NCBI GenBank assembly: GCA_964388035.1
Contig: CAYLZE010000056.1
Span: 1-31,696 of the forward strand
Reading direction: 5' to 3'
DNA length: 31,696 bases
From: an uncultured archaeon
GTDB lineage: Archaea > Asgardarchaeota > Lokiarchaeia > Sigyniarchaeales > SOKP01
Shown here: positions 26,482 through 31,696 of the stretch, piece after piece
Layout: each line of letters opens with the position of its first letter
Position numbering within the stretch: position 1 is the first letter of the stretch
Made by a program: the position numbers and the translations under genes
Notes under the pieces: model-generated
What the model was told of the DNA's origin: nothing
Databases searched by the model: none
What the model saw: the letters and a program-made list of their open reading frames with translations, nothing else

Positions 26482-27282
26482 ATTCCGGTATTCTCTCATG
26501 ATGGTATTGAAACTTTTTATGTAAAAGAAGGAAGCGGTGCCCCGCTCGTTTTAGTAAGCGGATTGGGAAGTGCAATCAGTTGGACATTTCAAATCCCCTT
26601 TTTCAAGGAACGAATGATGGTCATTGTGCCACATAATAGGGGCGTTGGTAAAAGCTCTCGACCTAATTATCCTTACACGATGGACATGTTCGTAGATGAT
26701 ATCAAAGCTCTCTTGGAACATTTAAATATTAACGAGAAAATTCACCTCTGTGGCACCAGCATGGGCGGAATGATTGCTTTAAATTTTGTCTTGAAATATT
26801 CCGAAACTGTTAAATCTTTAATACTTTGTGCCACCTCTGCAAAGCACGACTCCCACACCTTAATTGAAGCCCAAAAAATGATGGATACTATGACTTTAGA
26901 AGAAAAATTTAAAACAAGAATGATTTCATTATATTCCCTCCCTTTTCGAAAAACGTTAAGGAAAAGAAAGGATATTTTGGAACGATTAAAGAAAGAATTC
27001 ATGGAAGACCCAACCACTCTTCAAGATTATATCAATCAAAATGCTGCCATCATAAACCACGATACCACTCAAAGATTACGTGAAATCAAGCAGCCCACTC
27101 TTATTTTACTTGGTGATGATGATCGAATCATTCTGGGCTTAGAACATTCTAAGTTTCTTCATGATAACATTCCCAACTCTACACTAAACATCATTGAAAA
27201 GACCGGACACGGATTTAATGCTGAAAAACCCGAAGAAGTTAATGAATTGATATGGAATTTCATTCAAAAACATCTAAAGTAA
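26482..27282 (+). CDS. Alpha/beta hydrolase (PcaD/AB_hydrolase_1-like)
   Basis: HNRGVGKS, nucleophile elbow GTSMGG, GDDD and TGHG catalytic triad pattern. Start is uncertain: TTG 26470, GTG 26473, TTG 26476 or ATT 26482 (which gives MPVFSHDG). Confidence 0.88.
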   Translation: MPVFSHDGIETFYVKEGSGAPLVLVSGLGSAISWTFQIPFFKERMMVIVPHNRGVGKSSRPNYPYTMDMFVDDIKALLEHLNINEKIHLCGTSMGGMIALNFVLKYSETVKSLILCATSAKHDSHTLIEAQKMMDTMTLEEKFKTRMISLYSLPFRKTLRKRKDILERLKKEFMEDPTTLQDYINQNAAIINHDTTQRLREIKQPTLILLGDDDRIILGLEHSKFLHDNIPNSTLNIIEKTGHGFNAEKPEEVNELIWNFIQKHLK

Positions 27283-27488
27283 TTTGATTAATTAATTTTT
27301 AATCTACTTCCATGCGACATTTCAATGAACCTGATTTAGAAATCTTTTGAATATTTTCCCCTTTTTATATTTAGGATAATCTACCAAACTTCAGATTAAT
27401 AATAGAGAAAACGACGTTAAGAAAAATAATTCTCTTGTTTCTAACATGAAAAGATTTAAAAAAAGATAATAAAAAAGAAATGTAAAGT

Positions 27489-28061
27489 TTAAGCTTTTAA
27501 CTTTTTCAATAAGTATACCATGTTCTTTCCCAGATTTTCAAATGTCTGAATACCTTCTTTATCTTTCTCAACATCTCCAGGTTCCCGTCCTATTCCTATG
27601 TTCCAGTAAGATGAGGGAACTACGAAAATTTGATTAATTAGGAAAAAATTATTAATGCTCGAAAACGCGTGAATTGCTCCTGCTCTTCTTACTGCCACGA
27701 CAGCTGCGCCAACTTTATATTTATACATGTCACTATTCATTCTGTCTACCATCCCGGCCCTGTCAATGAAGGCTTTTACCGTAGATGAAACATCTGCAAA
27801 ATAAGTCGGGGATCCTATGACCATTCCATCTGCTTGCAGTATTTTTTCTACATACTCGTTTAGCTTATCATTTTCCTGCGAGCATCTTCTCTTTCCTTCG
27901 CATTTAAAACAAGCTTTACAAGGTAATAAAGGCTCTTGACCTATCCATACATATTCACATTCAATCCCGCCTGCCTCTAATTGTTCCTTGACCACATTGA
28001 GTGCGTGATAGGTATTTCCTTTAGCCCTTGCGCTTCCATTAAATAATACCACTTTAATCAT
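27489..28061 (-). CDS. Iron-sulfur flavoprotein / flavodoxin-like NADPH-dependent FMN reductase family
   Basis: GSARAKGNT FMN-binding loop, CKACFKC-X5-C cluster motif, GSPTYF, RRAG and SSYWNIG. Confidence 0.88.
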   Translation of the reverse strand: MIKVVLFNGSARAKGNTYHALNVVKEQLEAGGIECEYVWIGQEPLLPCKACFKCEGKRRCSQENDKLNEYVEKILQADGMVIGSPTYFADVSSTVKAFIDRAGMVDRMNSDMYKYKVGAAVVAVRRAGAIHAFSSINNFFLINQIFVVPSSYWNIGIGREPGDVEKDKEGIQTFENLGKNMVYLLKKLKA

Positions 28062-28269
28062 TTGAATATAACACCATTTAGAGTAATCTTATTTTTTAAA
28101 ATAATTTATTCATTAAAATATTCTTTTTTTTTTATTCCTATTCTAATTTATTTTTAATATGTGACTCTAAAAGAAAAGGGATAATTCCATGAACTAAAAG
28201 ATCAAAACAGTTATATACTTCATCATCAAATTAAATATATTAAATTCATGAAGATTTATTTCTCACATC

Positions 28270-30321
28270 ATGATAAATTATAAAAAAATTCAATTCGTTA
28301 TATTCTACGGCATTCTATTTTTCTTGTTGATAGAATCATTTAGCAACATGATGGTTGACACGAATGCACACGTATTCATGAATCTCTCGCAGATTCAAAT
28401 GATTTTGCCATCGATTATAATTTTACTAATAATAATATTCGCCGAGATTATACTCTTTTATAAAAAGTCAATTGATCTTAAATATAAACCCTATATCTTA
28501 GTATATCTCATCTCAGGTATCCGGCTTCTCGCTCAATTCATTATTTTTCCTCCAATTATCATGATTCTTAATTATTCTCTTTTTTTCTCAATAGTCTTGC
28601 TCTTTATTGATTTAATCCCTTTCATGGAATCACATAATGTTGATTTTGACTTCCTAACGTTTTTATTTGGCATTTCAGTCGGAATAGGAATCCAATTAAT
28701 ATTCCTAATGCTTAATGTATCCTTGGATTTGACAAGTGATCCTATTAAAATCATTCCCATCATGGTTTTTGTGGCTTTTCTTCTGATTACAAATTGGCAA
28801 TTCCTACATCCTAAAATTTTTGAAGAATATCCTCAAAAAGTAAAAAATGTAAATGAAACAGCCCCAAGGAAGGAAATTTCATTCTTTCACTTCATTGTTT
28901 TCGGTATTTTATTTCTCTTATCCTTAACTTGGGCAATTAATCCCATGGCTCTTTCTGCTTATGACTTGTTAGACCGTTCTTACAATCACCTTATTGGAGG
29001 TACTATTCATTGGATCTCTTACGGGTTTACCTATTACATATTTATAATAGCCGGAACCGCATTCATTAGCAGTATTCTTGCGTTTAAAGCAATCTCGACT
29101 AAATCCTACAAGTTCATGATAAAGCTAATCATTTTCTCCATGGTAATTTCTTCTCTATTAAATGGACTTGCTTATTTCATTATTGAAAATCCCATAATTG
29201 GATTATCTACCTTCTATATAACCCTCTTAGTAATTGTGAATGTATTCTCGATAATTACCTACTTTTCATTTTGCTTTTCCTTTTATTCGTTTCAAAACAG
29301 GAAGAAGCTTTATTTAGGATTGGTGGTGTTCTTCTTTACATGTTTCTTTTTTATCATTTTACAGGTTGAAATTATATGGTATGAATATTTATCGCTGTTA
29401 ATTAACGATATTATCATTCTGTCTGTTAGTGGAACCGTGCTCATAATCATTTTAGAGCTCAAACATTTCAACTTGGATATGAAACTTAAAGAAATTAAAT
29501 GGGAAAAGGAATTTCATATTCCAGTAATATACGCAATATTTTTAATTCTTCTATTTATCTCTTTTGGAGTAATCATGAGTGAGAGAATTCCAACGCCCAA
29601 CCCTAGACCATCCCCCAAATTTATGACTTTTAATATACATAATGCAATTGGGGTGGATGACGTGTTTGATCCCAGTAGAATTGTAGATACAATAAAGGAA
29701 AATGATCCCGATATTTTAGGATTGAATGAGGTAGATTTAGGAGCATTAAAAACATCCTTTGCAGATTTAACCTCGTATTTTGCTCATAATCTTAACATGT
29801 ATTATTTTTACGGATATACTTTTTACAAGCATTATGGTAATGCACTTTTTAGTAAATATCCAATAAAATCGGCCGAAATCATTCACTTACCTCAAGCAGT
29901 ACAATCTACAGAACCCAGATCCTTGATCAAAGCAAAAATTGAAATAGGAAATGATATTTGGACTGTGTATATAACGCATCTCTCCACAAACGAGGAGGAT
30001 CGCCTCGTGCAGGTTCCCTATATTCTTTCAATAATTAGTCAAGAGCAAAAAGTTAACAAAGTTGTATGGATGGGGGATTTTAATTTAATACCGAGTTCAG
30101 AAGAATATCAGTTCATTCAGACTTCATCATTACATCTGATTGACACGTATCCCTATCTGCATAAATCAGATCCCGGATATACGGGCGATTATAATGATAA
30201 TTACAGCCCAACAAAAAGGATTGATTACATTACATGTTCTCCAGATTTAACCCCCCAAACTAGCTATATTTACTGTTCAATTGCTTCTGATCATTGCTCA
30301 GTCATAACTGAATTTACTTGA
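28270..30321 (+). CDS. Polytopic membrane protein with C-terminal EEP (endonuclease/exonuclease/phosphatase) domain, Cwh43/PGAP2IP-like
   Basis: About 13 hydrophobic segments in aa 1-437, then TFNIH, LNEVD, GNALFSKYPI, THL, GDFN, IDYI and SDH. Confidence 0.85.
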   Translation: MINYKKIQFVIFYGILFFLLIESFSNMMVDTNAHVFMNLSQIQMILPSIIILLIIIFAEIILFYKKSIDLKYKPYILVYLISGIRLLAQFIIFPPIIMILNYSLFFSIVLLFIDLIPFMESHNVDFDFLTFLFGISVGIGIQLIFLMLNVSLDLTSDPIKIIPIMVFVAFLLITNWQFLHPKIFEEYPQKVKNVNETAPRKEISFFHFIVFGILFLLSLTWAINPMALSAYDLLDRSYNHLIGGTIHWISYGFTYYIFIIAGTAFISSILAFKAISTKSYKFMIKLIIFSMVISSLLNGLAYFIIENPIIGLSTFYITLLVIVNVFSIITYFSFCFSFYSFQNRKKLYLGLVVFFFTCFFFIILQVEIIWYEYLSLLINDIIILSVSGTVLIIILELKHFNLDMKLKEIKWEKEFHIPVIYAIFLILLFISFGVIMSERIPTPNPRPSPKFMTFNIHNAIGVDDVFDPSRIVDTIKENDPDILGLNEVDLGALKTSFADLTSYFAHNLNMYYFYGYTFYKHYGNALFSKYPIKSAEIIHLPQAVQSTEPRSLIKAKIEIGNDIWTVYITHLSTNEEDRLVQVPYILSIISQEQKVNKVVWMGDFNLIPSSEEYQFIQTSSLHLIDTYPYLHKSDPGYTGDYNDNYSPTKRIDYITCSPDLTPQTSYIYCSIASDHCSVITEFT

Positions 30322-30368
30322 ATTAATAGAGGTATGAAATCTTCAAAATAAAAGGTAAGGAATCAATC

Positions 30369-31696
30369 ATGTTTTTAGAAAAACTTAGAGCAATCAAAGG
30401 GAAGAGGTGGCTACTATTTTCCTGCATTTATTTAACCAATTTTTCCATTTTCATTTTATTTTTACTTATATTGCAGCCGTATTGGGGAGAAATAAACAGC
30501 ACCGTTTCGGATTGGTTTGGAATTAATCTCAATCTTATCTTGGTCTTATTTTTCATTTTTTTAGCTCCTCTCCTCTATATCCTTACCTTAATCCTTCAAT
30601 CTTTGAGAATGATACGCATGCAATTAGAGATTTCCATATCAAAATTAAATAAAATCCTTCCCTTGATCCTTACCATAGTTTTTAATCTATTAGTGGTATT
30701 GCTCTTAATTGAATTGGGGGGATATTCCTTGTTAATTCCTCAGTTCATGGAATTTTATAGCATTTTTATTTATCTAGCTATCCAAGGGCTGCTCATTATA
30801 TTTCTTTATCCTCTAATTCGAGCACTTCCACAGCTCAAATTCAATCTTTCCAATAAAATCATGAGCGCCAAGAAAAAAAGTGTAATCATCATTGCATGTC
30901 TATTAGGCAGTTATATCTTTATATTCGCTTCACCCTTCCTTTTTGTACCGGCAAATGTATATTCAAACGAATTACCCATAAAACCAGACGTTATTGCTCA
31001 TAGGGGTGGAGCGTATCTTGGTCCTGAAAACACGCTCTTGGCTGTAGAAGCTTCCCTTCAATTTAATATTGTCGGGTGGGAAGTTGATATCCAAATCAGC
31101 AAGGATGGAATACCCTTTTTGATGCACGATAATACCCTCACCAGAACTACAAATGTTGAAGATGTATTTCCCGATCGCAAGAATGACCCCGCGGAATCTT
31201 TTACCATGGCAGAGTTAAAAAAATTGGATGCGGGATCTTGGTTCGTGGAAAAAGACCCTTATGGAGTAATTAGAGAAGGAATCATCAGTACTGAACAAGC
31301 AGAATCTTATAGAGGGGCTAAAATTCCCACTTTCCAGGAAGTATTACAATTTACCAAAGCTCATGATATATATCTTGATTTTGACATGAAATCACCTTCT
31401 CAAGATCACCCTTTCCACGATAGATATTTTAACATTATTTTGGACATGACAATTCATTCCGGAATCGATTTAAGTAAAGTAATGATACCTACTACCAATA
31501 AGAATGTTATTAACTTGATAATGTATAGAAATGCAAATGAAATTTTAACGGGTTATGAGTATATTAATACGGGGGATGAATATTCAAACGAAGAATATAG
31601 GTCCTTCCATGCCGAAAATTTCCCCGTCATGGTCTATACTATTGACTCGGTAGAGCGATTCTGTGAACTATGGTGTTTAGGGGTGACGTGGGTTAA
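30369..31696 (+). CDS. Membrane-anchored glycerophosphodiester phosphodiesterase, GDE2/GDE3/GDE6-like (3' truncated by window end)
   Basis: Hand-translated open frame from ATG 30369 to the window end: five TM segments, then KPDVIAHRGG..GPENT, WEVDIQISKDGIPFLMHD.TL.RTTN, LDAGSWF, IPTFQEVL and VYTID. Confidence 0.9.
   Translation, partial: MFLEKLRAIKGKRWLLFSCIYLTNFSIFILFLLILQPYWGEINSTVSDWFGINLNLILVLFFIFLAPLLYILTLILQSLRMIRMQLEISISKLNKILPLILTIVFNLLVVLLLIELGGYSLLIPQFMEFYSIFIYLAIQGLLIIFLYPLIRALPQLKFNLSNKIMSAKKKSVIIIACLLGSYIFIFASPFLFVPANVYSNELPIKPDVIAHRGGAYLGPENTLLAVEASLQFNIVGWEVDIQISKDGIPFLMHDNTLTRTTNVEDVFPDRKNDPAESFTMAELKKLDAGSWFVEKDPYGVIREGIISTEQAESYRGAKIPTFQEVLQFTKAHDIYLDFDMKSPSQDHPFHDRYFNIILDMTIHSGIDLSKVMIPTTNKNVINLIMYRNANEILTGYEYINTGDEYSNEEYRSFHAENFPVMVYTIDSVERFCELWCLGVTWV

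Noticed and set aside
711-28763. Numerous 60-180 aa antisense or alternate-frame ORFs in the track (e.g. 711-1010, 4282-4632, 16830-17201, 18855-19406, 20275-20766)
   Set aside because: They lie within well-supported genes and have the S/F/I-rich composition typical of shadow ORFs, with no motifs.

Overview
AT-rich archaeal-style window with 24 protein-coding genes. I recognised no rRNA, tRNA, CRISPR array or transposase. A longin-roadblock fusion, a coiled-coil protein with a C-terminal zinc ribbon, a long helical-repeat/TPR protein and several eukaryote-like enzymes suggest an Asgard archaeon, probably Lokiarchaeia (inference). In order: a DUSP23-like phosphatase with an unknown partner, an MBL hydrolase, three tandem YtcJ-like amidohydrolases, a repeat/TPR protein, a GGR-like flavoprotein, the longin-roadblock protein, thioredoxin, a TrmB-like regulator, two membrane-embedded M28 peptidases around a coiled-coil protein and an MFS transporter, a Dam / HhH-GPD glycosylase / C5-methyltransferase cluster with no restriction enzyme, OsmC, an orphan MNT, an aldose-epimerase-like protein, an alpha/beta hydrolase, an iron-sulfur flavoprotein, and a final pair of polytopic membrane phosphodiesterases. 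Best candidate for a new system: that final pair, a Cwh43/PGAP2IP-like TM+EEP protein followed by a 5-TM GDPD resembling the animal GPI-anchor-cleaving GDE2/GDE3/GDE6 subfamily. The GDPD ORF is missing from the ORF track because the window truncates it. Also notable: the 6mA-writer / glycosylase / 5mC-writer cluster, and at least two genes that appear to need ATT start codons. All family comparisons are from memory and motif reading; no searches were run.
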